From an uncultured Candidatus Rokubacteria bacterium (GTDB lineage: Bacteria; Methylomirabilota; Methylomirabilia; Rokubacteriales; CSP1-6), in NCBI GenBank assembly GCA_963747235.1, contig CAVVEU010000033.1, positions 128,001-192,000 on the forward strand: a stretch of 64,000 nt of DNA. The letters run 5' to 3'. The notes under the pieces are model-generated. The model was not told the DNA's origin, searched no databases, and saw only the letters and a program-made list of their open reading frames with translations. How positions within the stretch are numbered: the first letter of the stretch is position 1; every line of letters begins with the position of its first letter. Shown in pieces: positions 50,789-60,719 of the stretch. A program made the translations under genes and the position numbers.

Positions 50789-51364
50789 ATGGCTGAGAAT
50801 CCGGGGATCCTGGGTGACCGGGGCAAGAGCCTCGAGGACGAGTTCTTCCGGAAGGAAAACGAGCGGGCCATCGCGCGCCTCCGCGAGCTGAAGGACCGGA
50901 CCACCTCCCGCGAGAGCCTGGCCAAGGCCATCGGGATCACGAACGAGAAGATCATCGACCGGCTGATCGAGCTCGGCATCCGGCCCGAGATCGTGAGCGC
51001 GCTCGCGATCGTCCCGCTCGTGGAGGTGGCCTGGGCCGACGGCTCGCTGGACGCGAAGGAGCGTCAGACCGTCCTCGAGCGGGCGGAGAAGTCCGGCATC
51101 GCCGCCGGCACGGCCGACCACGACCTCCTGCGGAGCTGGCTCGAGAAGAAGCCCGAGCCGCGACTGCTCGCCGCGTGGACCGAGATGGTCCGCGGCCTCT
51201 CCGAGCGCATGCCTCCCCAGGAGCTCGCGGCCCTCAAGGCGGGGCTCATGGAGCGCGCCAAGGCCGTCGCCCGCGCGAGCGGGGGCTTTCTCGGGGTAGG
51301 CGCCGTCTCGGCCGCCGAGCAGGACGTGATCGACCGACTCGAGTCCGCGTTCCGGCGCGCCTAG
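50789..51364 (+). CDS. TerB-like hypothetical protein
   Basis: VEVAWADGSLDAKERQ and VARASGGFLG..VSAAEQDVI resemble the two TerB helical motifs; GGAGG RBS. Confidence 0.7.
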   Translation: MAENPGILGDRGKSLEDEFFRKENERAIARLRELKDRTTSRESLAKAIGITNEKIIDRLIELGIRPEIVSALAIVPLVEVAWADGSLDAKERQTVLERAEKSGIAAGTADHDLLRSWLEKKPEPRLLAAWTEMVRGLSERMPPQELAALKAGLMERAKAVARASGGFLGVGAVSAAEQDVIDRLESAFRRA

Positions 51365-51374
51365 CGCTCAGGCG

Positions 51375-52439
51375 CTACCTCGCGAGGCGCTTGATCGCCG
51401 CGTCGGCTCGCCTGGCGAGCGGACTGGCCGCCTCCGGCTGATTCGCGCGCACCGCGCGCCACGTCTTGAGCGCGCCTGCCGGCTGACCGCCGGCTTCTTC
51501 CAGCAGCGCCTTCGTCACGTCCAGCGAATCGTCCGACCCCGTCGCCGGGGAGGAGCCGGCCTTCACCATGTCGACGATCACCAGATGCTCCGGCGCCGGC
51601 AGCGCCGCGATCAGACGCTCCGTGAGAGGCTCGTCCCTCAGGGCGGCCTGGTAGATCCCCCGGATCTCCCGCAGCAATCGGCCGTCGATGGCCTCGTCGT
51701 TCTTGTGCATCTCGCTGGCAATCTTGACGAGCTCCACGCGCGCGTCGGTGCTGCCCCGGTTCAGCAATGCCGAGATCTGCATGCCGCGCACATACGGGCG
51801 CTCTCGATTGCTGGCCACCGCCTTGGCGAATTCGCCCATCGCGGAGTCGACCGGTTCGTTGCTCCACATCTTCCAGTGACCCCGGAAGGCATGGGCATAG
51901 GGATTGGCGGGATCGGCCTCGAGCGCCTTGACGTACCACGGCGCGGGATCCAGCGCGGACTGCCCATCGCGCCGCTTCAGGAAGTAGCCCCAGCCGACGT
52001 GCGCATACAGGTCGCCGACTCGCGCGCCGGATGATTCGAGGGCGCCCCGATGCAAGACGGGCAGCACCTTGTCGACCACGCTCGTGAATGTCTGCCCCTG
52101 CGGCACGGAGACGTTCTCCAGCCACTGCATCGCCAGGCTTTCCTGCGCGGCTCTCACCTGTTGCCGCCGCTCGCCCGGACGGCGCGTCAGCTTGGCGAGG
52201 AGATTGCCCTGCTCCGCCTGCGTCAGCGCCGTCTCGAAGGTCGTCCACGCCTGCGGATAATCCCGGGCCGACTGCTGGGCCGCGCCGGTCGCCAGCAATT
52301 CGCTGATACGCCGCTCGCGTTCGGCGGACTCGGCGGTCATGGTCAGAAACTGCCGCGCCCCGGCAATGAGCGACAGCACGGCCGCGACGATGCCGACCCA
52401 CTTCATGAACGATTTCAGCGGCGAGGATGTCTCGTCCAC
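51375..52439 (-). CDS. Membrane-anchored TPR-like hypothetical protein (start 52439 or 52460)
   Basis: N-terminal hydrophobic segment WVGIVAAVLSLIAGA; KALEADPANPYAHAFRG TPR-like repeat; visibly lower GC than neighbours. Confidence 0.7.
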   Translation of the reverse strand: MDETSSPLKSFMKWVGIVAAVLSLIAGARQFLTMTAESAERERRISELLATGAAQQSARDYPQAWTTFETALTQAEQGNLLAKLTRRPGERRQQVRAAQESLAMQWLENVSVPQGQTFTSVVDKVLPVLHRGALESSGARVGDLYAHVGWGYFLKRRDGQSALDPAPWYVKALEADPANPYAHAFRGHWKMWSNEPVDSAMGEFAKAVASNRERPYVRGMQISALLNRGSTDARVELVKIASEMHKNDEAIDGRLLREIRGIYQAALRDEPLTERLIAALPAPEHLVIVDMVKAGSSPATGSDDSLDVTKALLEEAGGQPAGALKTWRAVRANQPEAASPLARRADAAIKRLAR

Positions 52440-52519
52440 GTTCTCTCCGGCGCAGTCCATCCTGCCATGCTCGACGTGCCCGGCCACGGAAAATCGCGGC
52501 GCGCGGCGGCCGGCGCGCT

Positions 52520-53283
52520 TCAGCTCAGCAGGAGACGGAGCGCACCGGCGAGGGCGATGGCCACCAGCGTCAGCGCGAATGCCCGTCGCGGCAACCGGGC
52601 GTTGAGCCGGTATCCGAGCCAGCTCCCGAGGTAGAGGAACGGCGTCGCCGCCACGGTGGCGAGCAGGAGCGGCGGGGTCACCCAGCCGATCGCGGCGTAC
52701 GTGCCGACCTTCACCACGTCGGACATGGCGTAGGCCAGGGTGCCCGTGGCCACCACGCCGGCGCTGCTGAGCGGCCGGCCGACCAGGTAGAGCCCGAGCA
52801 CCACGCCGCCCGAATGCGCCACCGTCGAGGCCACACCCGCCGCGAGCCCGACGCCCATCGCCACCGGCCGCGAGGAGGGCGCCGCGGTCGGGGTCCCGCC
52901 GCGCAGCATGACCGCGAGCTGCACCGACCCGAAGAGCAGCGCGGCCCCGCCGATGGTCTGGCGCAGCGCGGTCGCCGAGAGGCCGGCCACCAGCCAGCCG
53001 CCCAGCACGATGCCGACGAGCATCGCGGGCACGAGCCGGCGCGCCTCCTCGCGATCCCAGCGCCGCCAGTAGAGCCAGAGCGAGATGGGGTCGCTCAGGA
53101 GCAGGAGCAGGCCGATCATCGCGAGCACCGGCTGGGGCGGCAGGACGATCGTCAGGACCGGCGTGAGGGCGAGCCCGATGCCGCCGCCCACCGCGTTGCG
53201 CAGGAAGCCGGTCACGAGGGCGGCCGCGCACGCGATGCCGACGAGGAGCGGGCCGAGGTCCGGGGGGCCGATCAGCGTCTCAT
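52520..53283 (-). CDS. TauE/SafE (TSUP) family transporter (probable 1-nt deletion just after ATG 53283)
   Basis: GGGIGL, AHSGG, GSWLG; about eight hydrophobic segments; frame extends 5' of the called start to ETLIGPPDLG. Confidence 0.8.
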
Positions 53284-53316
53284 TCCGCTACCCGCCGGCG
53301 GTAGGGTTCCGGGGCT

Positions 53317-55302
53317 TCATGTCTCCCCGAGCGCGCGCGCCAGGCGGGCCCGGATGTCGGCCCAGGCCACGTCCACGTCGGCCGTGGTGGGCGGGCGGGT
53401 GCCCGCGATCTCGCGAATCCGCTCGTAGATCTGGTGCTTGCCCCAGTCGCGCACGGCCGGCGGCACACTTCCGAGGACCCGGTGGGCGGCATCCTGGATC
53501 GTCGGCGGCCAGTGTCGCTCCATCTCGGCGCGCCGCTCGCCGAAGTCGAACGTCCCAGTGGGTGGGGCGGGCATGGCCGCGCGCCGCCGCGCAGTCGCCT
53601 CCGCATCGACCCGACCGTCGGCCAGCACGACACCGTACGCCTCGCGCGCCCGGCCGACGCTGAGGAACCCCGCGCGCACGTCCGCCCGCACCGCCTCGGG
53701 GTCCCGGCCGCGCGGATCGCCGTGGCCGCCCCCGCTCGGCGAGAAGAAGCTCACCACGTCACCGGGCTCGAGGTGCAGCACGTCGACCTTGCCGATGTCG
53801 CGCGCTCGCGACGTCCCGCGGTTGACCACGCAGCTTCCCATCGTGCCCGCGCGGCCGCCGGCCACGCCCCAGGGCTCCAGGCGGCATCGCTCCATCCCGC
53901 GCGCCGTCACGATGGCGTGCGGGTGAAACACCTGGAAGTCGAGGCGGACCGCGAGGCCGCCGCGGTACTCGCCCGCCCCGCCCGTGTCGGGAATCAGGTG
54001 ATACCGGCGCATGACGATCGGCACCTCGGCCTCGATGGACTCGACCGGCGTGTTCCGGAGGAAGCCCGCGGTCGAATCGGCGCCGCTGATCCCGTCCATC
54101 TCGGGGCGGCCCCCGCCGCCGCCCAGCATGGGCTCGACGACCTGGACCTGACGCTGGCCGGTCATGAGATCCAGGACCGAGGCCACCACGGGCGAGATCC
54201 CGCCCGCCGGCGCGGCGGGCACGCGGCCGGGCAGCGCCTGGGCGAGCGCGCCGAGGACCGCGTCGAAGACTCTCAGCACCGTTCCGTAGCGCACGCCGAC
54301 CGGCGACGGGAAGAGCGCGTTGACGAGACAGCCGGGCGGCGCCGTCACCCGCACCGGCCGGAGAATGCTGGAGGCCTTGGGGATTCCCGGATCCTCGGTG
54401 ACGAGGTAGGCGTTGATCGCCTGGCACAGGAACGGATGCGTCACCCCATGGCTCGCGATGTTGAGCGCCGAGCCCACCTGGGGATCGGTGCCCGTGAAAT
54501 CGAGATGGATCGCGTCGCCCGCGATCGTCAGGGCGACCTGGATGCGGACCGGCACCTCCGAACGGAGGTCGTCCTCCATGTACTCGGTGAACCGATAGGT
54601 GCCGTCGGGGATCTTCCGGATCGCCACCCGCGCCCGCTGCTCGGCGTAGTCGAGAACCGCGTCGATCCCCTCCACCACCGTGGCGAGGCCGAACTTGCCG
54701 ATCATCTCCTGGACGCGCCGGTCGCACGAGCTGACCGCGGCCACCATCGCCTTGATGTCGCCCCAGTTGACCTCGGGGATGCGGCAGTTGTCCCCGATCA
54801 GGTTCTTGACGTCTTCCTGGAGCACGCCACGCCGGTAGAGCTTGGTCGGTCGAAGCCGCAGCCCTTCCTGGAAGATCTCGGTCGCCCGGGGCCACACGCT
54901 CGCCGGCACCGCGCCCCCGATGTCGGAGGAGTGGACGAACGCGTAGCCCCAGCAGATGACGCGCCCCGCGTGAAAGATCGGGCGGAGAATGTGGATGTCC
55001 GGCAGATGGGTGCACAGCGGGCCCGACAGGTACGCGTCGTTGCAGATGACGATGTCGCCCTCGTCGTAGTGATCGAAGTAGCCGAGGGTCTGGGCCATGT
55101 TGAGCCCGAGATACGACGAGGCGCCCAGGTTCCAGGGATAGGCGACGTACTCCCCGCCCGTCGACACGAGCCCCGTCGAGAAGTCCGCGGTCTCCTTCAC
55201 GAAGGTCGTGTAGGCGGTGCGCTCCATGATCCGCGCCATGTCCTCCACCACCGCCTGGTAGTGATTGCGCAGGATCTCGAGCGTGACCCGGTCGATGGCC
55301 AT
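53317..55302 (-). CDS. Hydantoinase B / oxoprolinase family protein
   Basis: DFSTG, NDAY..THLPD, HSSDIGG, EIFQEG, NTPVE..E, GAGEYRGG, GGGHGDP. Confidence 0.93.
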   Translation of the reverse strand: MAIDRVTLEILRNHYQAVVEDMARIMERTAYTTFVKETADFSTGLVSTGGEYVAYPWNLGASSYLGLNMAQTLGYFDHYDEGDIVICNDAYLSGPLCTHLPDIHILRPIFHAGRVICWGYAFVHSSDIGGAVPASVWPRATEIFQEGLRLRPTKLYRRGVLQEDVKNLIGDNCRIPEVNWGDIKAMVAAVSSCDRRVQEMIGKFGLATVVEGIDAVLDYAEQRARVAIRKIPDGTYRFTEYMEDDLRSEVPVRIQVALTIAGDAIHLDFTGTDPQVGSALNIASHGVTHPFLCQAINAYLVTEDPGIPKASSILRPVRVTAPPGCLVNALFPSPVGVRYGTVLRVFDAVLGALAQALPGRVPAAPAGGISPVVASVLDLMTGQRQVQVVEPMLGGGGGRPEMDGISGADSTAGFLRNTPVESIEAEVPIVMRRYHLIPDTGGAGEYRGGLAVRLDFQVFHPHAIVTARGMERCRLEPWGVAGGRAGTMGSCVVNRGTSRARDIGKVDVLHLEPGDVVSFFSPSGGGHGDPRGRDPEAVRADVRAGFLSVGRAREAYGVVLADGRVDAEATARRRAAMPAPPTGTFDFGERRAEMERHWPPTIQDAAHRVLGSVPPAVRDWGKHQIYERIREIAGTRPPTTADVDVAWADIRARLARALGET

Positions 55303-55304
55303 GG

Positions 55305-57369
55305 CTACGTGCCCTCGATCACGAGGTTGCCGAACGCGTCCACGGATGCGCGGAAGCCAGCCGGCACCAGCGTGGTCGTATCTTCCTGTTCGATGACGGC
55401 CGGCCCGTCGAGGTGCTGGCCGGCCATGAGATCGCGCCGGTGGTACACCGCGGCGTCGTGGCGCTGCTTGCGGTAGTGGATGGGCCGCCGCCCCGCCGGG
55501 GTGGCCGGACCCTGTCCCGTCGGGACGGCCCTGAGCGCCGGCTTCGGAGTGTCGCCGGTGATGGTTGCGCGTAGATCAATGAGCTCGACGTCGGCGGCGC
55601 GGTCGGCGTGGGCGTACAGGCGCTCGTGGCGATCGTGAAACGCGGCCTGCAGGCGCTCGGTGCCGGCCTCCTCGAGCCACGCGGGATCGATCGGCACCTC
55701 GATCTGGAAGGCCTGCCCGACGTACCGGAGGTCGGCGCTGTGGGCGATCGTGCTCTCCGAGACGGCGGGCGCCTCCTCGCGGAGCCAGCGCGTGCGCGCG
55801 CTCGGACAGCTCCGCGCACTCGGCGGCGAGCAGCTTGCCCCCCACGCTCCCCCGGTTCGAGGTCGCGGAGAGCTTCCGGTGAATCGTCTTCACGTAGTCG
55901 CTCTTGACGTCGGCCATCATGGCGCCCTGGGCGCAGAGCGTGCCCGGGGACGGCGGCACGATGACGCGCGGGATGTGGAACTCCTCGGCCAGGAAGCACG
56001 CCTCGACGGGGCCGGCGCCGCCGAAGGCGACCAGGGCGAAGTCGCGCGGGTCGAGCCCGTGCCGGGCGAGCACGTTCGAGAAGGCCGCGTACATGTTCGC
56101 GGTGGCCACCTCGATCACCGCCTCGGCGGTCTCGTGCACGTCGAGGCCGAGCGCCTCGCCGAGCGGCCGCATGGCCAGGGCGGCCTTGTCGGGATGCAGG
56201 CGCAGCCGCCCCCCGACGAAGTTGTCGGGGTTGAGGAAGCCGCACAGGAGGAAGGCGTCGGACAGCGCCGGCTCGGTCCCGCCGTGGCCGTAGCAGGCCG
56301 GCCCGGGATCGGCGCCCGCGCTGCGCGGGCCGACCTTCAAGACCCCGACCGCGTCGAGCCACGCGATGGAGCCCCCGCCCGCCCCGATCGACGACACGCC
56401 GACCACCGGCATGACGATCGGAAAGTCGCCCACCGTCTCGCTGGTCGAGTACACCGGCCGACCATCTCGCACCAGCGCGATGTCGGCGCTCGTGCCGCCC
56501 ATGTCGAAGGTGATCAGGTCGCGGTAGCCGGCTCGCACGCAGACGTACGTCGCCCCGATGACGCCCGAGGCCGGGCCCGAGAGCATCGTCTCCGCGGTGG
56601 CCTGTCGCGCGTCGCGGGCGGTCGTCACGCCGCCGTTCGACTTCGTGATGTACAGGGGCACGCGCACCCCGACCCCGCCCAGCTCCCGCTCGAGCTGCCC
56701 CAGGTACTGGTCCACGCGAGGCCGCACGTAGGCGCTCAGGATCGCCACCATCGTGCGCTCGTACTCGCGGATCTGCGGCCACACCTCGTGCGAGCAGGTG
56801 ACGTGGAGACCGGGGAAGCGCTCGGCCAGCACCTTGCGGGCTTCCGCCTCGTGCGCGGGCGTGCGGTAGGCATTGACGAACGAGACGACGAGGGCCTCGG
56901 CGCCCTCCCGCTCGACGAGCCGCGTCGCCTCGCGGAGGAGCTCCTCGCGGTCGAGCGGGGTGTCGACGGTGCCGTCGGTCAGGATGCGCTCGGTCACCTC
57001 GCCCACGCGGTAGCGCGGGATGAGCGGCAGCGGGCGCGTGGCCGTGAAGTTCACCGGGCTCGCGAGCCGGAGCCGCTGGATCTCGAGCAGGTCGCCGAAG
57101 CCCGCGGTGACCAGGAGCCCCAGCGAGGCGCCGTTGCGCTGGATGACGGTATTGATGGCGATCGTCGCGCCGTGGACCAGGTAGTCGAGCGCCCCCGGGT
57201 CGAACGCCCGCTCGGCCACGAGGGCACGAAATCCGTCGAGGACCCCGCGGCCGGGATCGCCCGGCACGGTCGGCGACTTGAAGCTGGCGAGCTCGCCGGT
57301 GCTCTCGTCGAGGAGGCTGAAGTCGGTGAACGTCCCGCCGATGTCGATGCCGAGCCGGTAGCGTCCCAC
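55305..57369 (-). CDS. Hydantoinase A / oxoprolinase family ATP-binding subunit (frameshift near 55793)
   Basis: GIDIGGTFTD, REYER, SGPASG, DMGGTS, IGAGGGS, GPACYG; C-terminus ADLRYVGQ..GPAVIEQEDTT in ORF 55305-55697. Confidence 0.9.
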
Positions 57370-57395
57370 CGCGTGATCTCCGGGGAGAAGGAGCG

Positions 57396-57788
57396 CTACC
57401 TGGGGGTGAACATGGGCACCGGCGGGCCGCCGTCGGTGGGCGTCCACACCACGCGCACCGGCTGGCCGATGCGGAGCGCGTCGAAGTCGCAGTCCACCAG
57501 GTTGGTCATCATGGTGGGCCCCTCGTCCAGCGTCACGTAGGCGATGACGTAGGGCGGGGTCGCGCGCCGCATCACGCTGTAGGAGTAGATGACGCCGCGG
57601 CCCGCGGAGTCCTTCCACTCGGTGCGGTCGCTGCCGCAGAGGGGGCAGTTCGGGCGCGGGTAGTGATGCGCCCGCCCGCAGGCGGTGCAGCTCTTCACGA
57701 GCAGCTTGCCCTTGGCCGCCGCCTCCCAGAAGGGCGCGGTCTCGGGCGTCGAGTTCGGAGCCGGGATCTTCGGCGCGCTCGCGGCCAT
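57396..57788 (-). CDS. DUF35 Zn-ribbon/OB-fold protein
   Basis: PFWEAA, CTACG..PRPNCPLCGS, GVIYSYS, LDEGPTMMTNLV. Confidence 0.92.
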   Translation of the reverse strand: MAASAPKIPAPNSTPETAPFWEAAAKGKLLVKSCTACGRAHHYPRPNCPLCGSDRTEWKDSAGRGVIYSYSVMRRATPPYVIAYVTLDEGPTMMTNLVDCDFDALRIGQPVRVVWTPTDGGPPVPMFTPR

Positions 57789-57790
57789 GG

Positions 57791-58960
57791 CTATCTCGCC
57801 TCCAGGATCAGGGTGGCGCTGGCGTGGCGCGTGGCGAGGGAGCCGCCGGTGCCGTGGGCCAGGGCCAGGTCGCAGTTCTTCACCTGCACCTTCGGATGCG
57901 CCTCGCCGCGGAGCTGGCGCACCGCCTCGATCACCTTGGTCATGCCGCCGCGGTTGGCGGGGTGGTTGTTGCAGAGGCCGCCGCCGTCGGTATTGAACGG
58001 CAGCTTGCCCACCCCCGCGATCAGGTTGCCGTCGGAGACGAAGCGCCCGCCCTGCCCCTTGGGGCAGAAGCCCAGATCCTCGAGCGTGATCAGCACCGTG
58101 ATCGTGAAGCTGTCGTAGATCGAGGCGTACTTGATGTCGGCCGGGGAAACCCCCGCGCTCTCGAAGGCGGCCGGGCCGGACCAGCGCGCGCCGGTGTAGG
58201 TGAGATCGATCTGCCCGCCCATCTGGTGCTTCACCGCCTCGCCCGCCCCGCGCACCGTGACCGGCGGGCGCTTGAGCCGCTTCGCCACCTCGGGCCGCGC
58301 CACGATCACCGCGCCGCCGCCGTCGCTGATCACGCAGCAGTCCAGGCGATGCAGCGGATCCGAGATCATGGGCGAGCCGACCACGTCCGCCACCGTCACC
58401 ACCTCGCGCAGCATCGCGTGGGGATTGTGCTGGGCGTGCTGGGAGGCCGCGACCTTGATCCACGCGAGCTGCTCGCTGGTGGTCCCGAACTCGTGCATGT
58501 GGCGCATCGCCGCCATCGCGTACTGGTTCACCACCGTGGGCGAGAACGGCGCCTCGAACGCCACGTCGGGCGCGGTGGAGCCGTAGTTGCGCGGGGCGGT
58601 GCCGGTGGCCATGCCCTCCGCACGCGGCCGCCCGGCCAGCGTGATCAGGGCCACGTCGCAGCGCCCCGCCGCGATCGCTTCCGCGGCGTGGGCCACGTGC
58701 ACCACGTAGGAGGACCCGCCGGTCTCGGTGGTGTCGATGTGCCGCAGCCGCAGGCCCATGTAGTCGGCCATGGAGAGCCCGCCCAGGCCCGGCGCGTCGC
58801 CCGCGCAGAAGTAGCCGTCGACGTCGTCCTTGGTGAGGCCCGCGTCCGTCAGCGCGCCGTGCGCCACTTCCGCGTGGAGCTGGGCGAGCGAGATATTGTC
58901 CGCCTTGCGGGTCGGATGCTCGAAGACGCCGACGATGTACGCGCGGTCTCGGATGCTCAT
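57791..58960 (-). CDS. SCP-x/Ltp2-type thiolase-like protein
   Basis: HAQHNPHA, LDCCVISDGG, IYDSFT, NTDGGGL, EAVRQLRG; GGSS at the usual nucleophilic Cys position. Confidence 0.9.
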   Translation of the reverse strand: MSIRDRAYIVGVFEHPTRKADNISLAQLHAEVAHGALTDAGLTKDDVDGYFCAGDAPGLGGLSMADYMGLRLRHIDTTETGGSSYVVHVAHAAEAIAAGRCDVALITLAGRPRAEGMATGTAPRNYGSTAPDVAFEAPFSPTVVNQYAMAAMRHMHEFGTTSEQLAWIKVAASQHAQHNPHAMLREVVTVADVVGSPMISDPLHRLDCCVISDGGGAVIVARPEVAKRLKRPPVTVRGAGEAVKHQMGGQIDLTYTGARWSGPAAFESAGVSPADIKYASIYDSFTITVLITLEDLGFCPKGQGGRFVSDGNLIAGVGKLPFNTDGGGLCNNHPANRGGMTKVIEAVRQLRGEAHPKVQVKNCDLALAHGTGGSLATRHASATLILEAR

Positions 58961-59943
58961 GACTTGGCGGTCGCCGCGGCCTCCGGATTCAGCACGTTGA
59001 TCGGCTTGCCGGCACCGTAGGCCAGCACCTGGTCGAAGATCGTGTCGTACATGTGCTCGAGCCCGTCCAGCTCGACGTAGCCCAGATGCGGCACGCAGAT
59101 CGCGTTGTCCATGGCGAGCAGCGGATGCTTGGCGCCCATCACCGGCTCGTCCTCGTAGACGTCCACCGCGGCCATGCCGGGCCGGCCCTTGGCGAGCGCG
59201 GCCTCGAGCGCGCCCGGCACCACCAGCCCGGCGCGGCTCGTGTTGACGAACACCGCCGAGGGCTTCATGCGCGCGAAATCGTCGGCGGTCACCATGCCGC
59301 GGGTCGCGTCGATCAGCCGCACGTGGATCGAGACCACGTCCGACTCCGCGAAGAAGGCCTCGCGGCTCGCCGCGGGCGTGTAGCCGTCGGCCTTCGCCTT
59401 CTCGAGCGTGCTCTCGCGGCCCCACGCCAGCACGTTCATGCCGAAGGCGCGCCCGTAGCCCGCCACCACCGCGCCGATCTTGCCGTAGCCCAGGATGCCG
59501 AGGGTCTTGCCGCGGAGGCCGGTGCCGATCGGGAAGGCCTGCCACTTGCCCGCGCGCATCGCGATCATCTCCTGGGGAATGCGCCGCACCGCCGCGATCA
59601 CGAGGCCCCACGTCAGCTCCGCGGTCGCGTAGGAGGGCCGGCCCGGCATCTGGCTCGAGGAGACGATGACGCCGCGCCGCGTGCACGCGGGGACGTCGAT
59701 GTTCGGGACCACGCCGACCTGGGTGATCATGCGCAGCCGGTCGAGACGATCGAGCAGCGGGCCGCGGATCGGGGTGCGCTCGCGCAAGAGCACCAGCACC
59801 TCGGTATCTGTAAGCCGCGCGGCCAGCGTGTCCACGTCCTTGGTGTGATCCTTCCAGATCGTGACGTCCTGGCCCGCCATCTTCTTGAAGGCGTTGAGCG
59901 TGCGGATCGTGTCCTGGTAGTCGTCGAGGATCGCAATCTTCAT
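58957..59943 (-). CDS. D-2-hydroxyacid dehydrogenase family protein
   Basis: MKIAILDDY, RERT, GYGKIG, VNTSRA, DVYEDEP, PHLGY. Confidence 0.92.
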   Translation of the reverse strand: MKIAILDDYQDTIRTLNAFKKMAGQDVTIWKDHTKDVDTLAARLTDTEVLVLLRERTPIRGPLLDRLDRLRMITQVGVVPNIDVPACTRRGVIVSSSQMPGRPSYATAELTWGLVIAAVRRIPQEMIAMRAGKWQAFPIGTGLRGKTLGILGYGKIGAVVAGYGRAFGMNVLAWGRESTLEKAKADGYTPAASREAFFAESDVVSIHVRLIDATRGMVTADDFARMKPSAVFVNTSRAGLVVPGALEAALAKGRPGMAAVDVYEDEPVMGAKHPLLAMDNAICVPHLGYVELDGLEHMYDTIFDQVLAYGAGKPINVLNPEAAATAKS

Positions 59944-59990
59944 GGCTTGGCCCTCCCGGGCGCCACGTAGCCTACCATACTCACCGCCGC

Positions 59991-60521
59991 TCACGGCTCG
60001 CAGATCGCTCTTCTTTTTTCGCACTCCTCGAAATGTCGTCGTTGAGCCAGCTCTCCGTGTTCTCTCGAAGTCACGTTCGCGGTTGTGCTCGACATGTACG
60101 CTTCGGTGGCCGGGCCAGACCACCACGTATCGAATGTCGGCCTGGCCGCACAACACGCCACGATAGGCCGGCCTTCGCCCTCGTACTCAGCCCTCAGGGC
60201 CTCGCGGATCCGTGGCGCGTCTGCTTCCGAGAAACGCAGTATGACCGTCGTCAAGATTCGGGCCGGGCCCCCAGCCTCCAAGAACCTGTACTCGACCTGG
60301 ACCGGCACTGCCGCCCATGTCAAATCGGCAATGCAGCGCGTGTAGGGCAGCATGCCCCCCCACCTCTCGGCGCATCGAGCGTCGAGCCGCTTGCTCAGCA
60401 GTTGCTTCACCTCGACGCCGAACACGATGTCGCCGAACGCGCGTGGCTCCGCCGATGCGAGGAACGGTAAGAGGAACAAGAGAGTAAGAGCTGCGATGCC
60501 GGCCCGCCCGACGTTCGCCAT
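59991..60521 (-). CDS. Hypothetical secreted protein
   Basis: GGAGG RBS, signal peptide ..LPFLASA, several Cys; atypical lower-GC codon usage. Confidence 0.55.
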   Translation of the reverse strand: MANVGRAGIAALTLLFLLPFLASAEPRAFGDIVFGVEVKQLLSKRLDARCAERWGGMLPYTRCIADLTWAAVPVQVEYRFLEAGGPARILTTVILRFSEADAPRIREALRAEYEGEGRPIVACCAARPTFDTWWSGPATEAYMSSTTANVTSREHGELAQRRHFEECEKRRAICEP

Positions 60522-60719
60522 GAGCCAACCTCCATCAGGCGATAAACGCCTGAACCAGGATGGGCCTATTGGGTTGGTTCCAAGAGTACAGCGCGCGCAC
60601 CTCGATCTCCACCACCTCGGGCGTAGGAACCTCGCGTCACGTGTGCCGTATCGGGCGCGAGAGCTCGATGGGCTACCATGCTAGACTCCGCCCGTCGTCC
60701 ATCATCTGAGGAGGGGCTC

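Noticed and set aside
1500-55800. Programmed ribosomal frameshifting or phase variation
   Set aside because: No slippery heptamers or long simple repeats at the breaks, and the affected families are not known for recoding; assembly error is simpler
60585-60630. Possible gene remnant on the minus strand (PEVVEIEVRAL)
   Set aside because: Too short to support; no start or recognisable family
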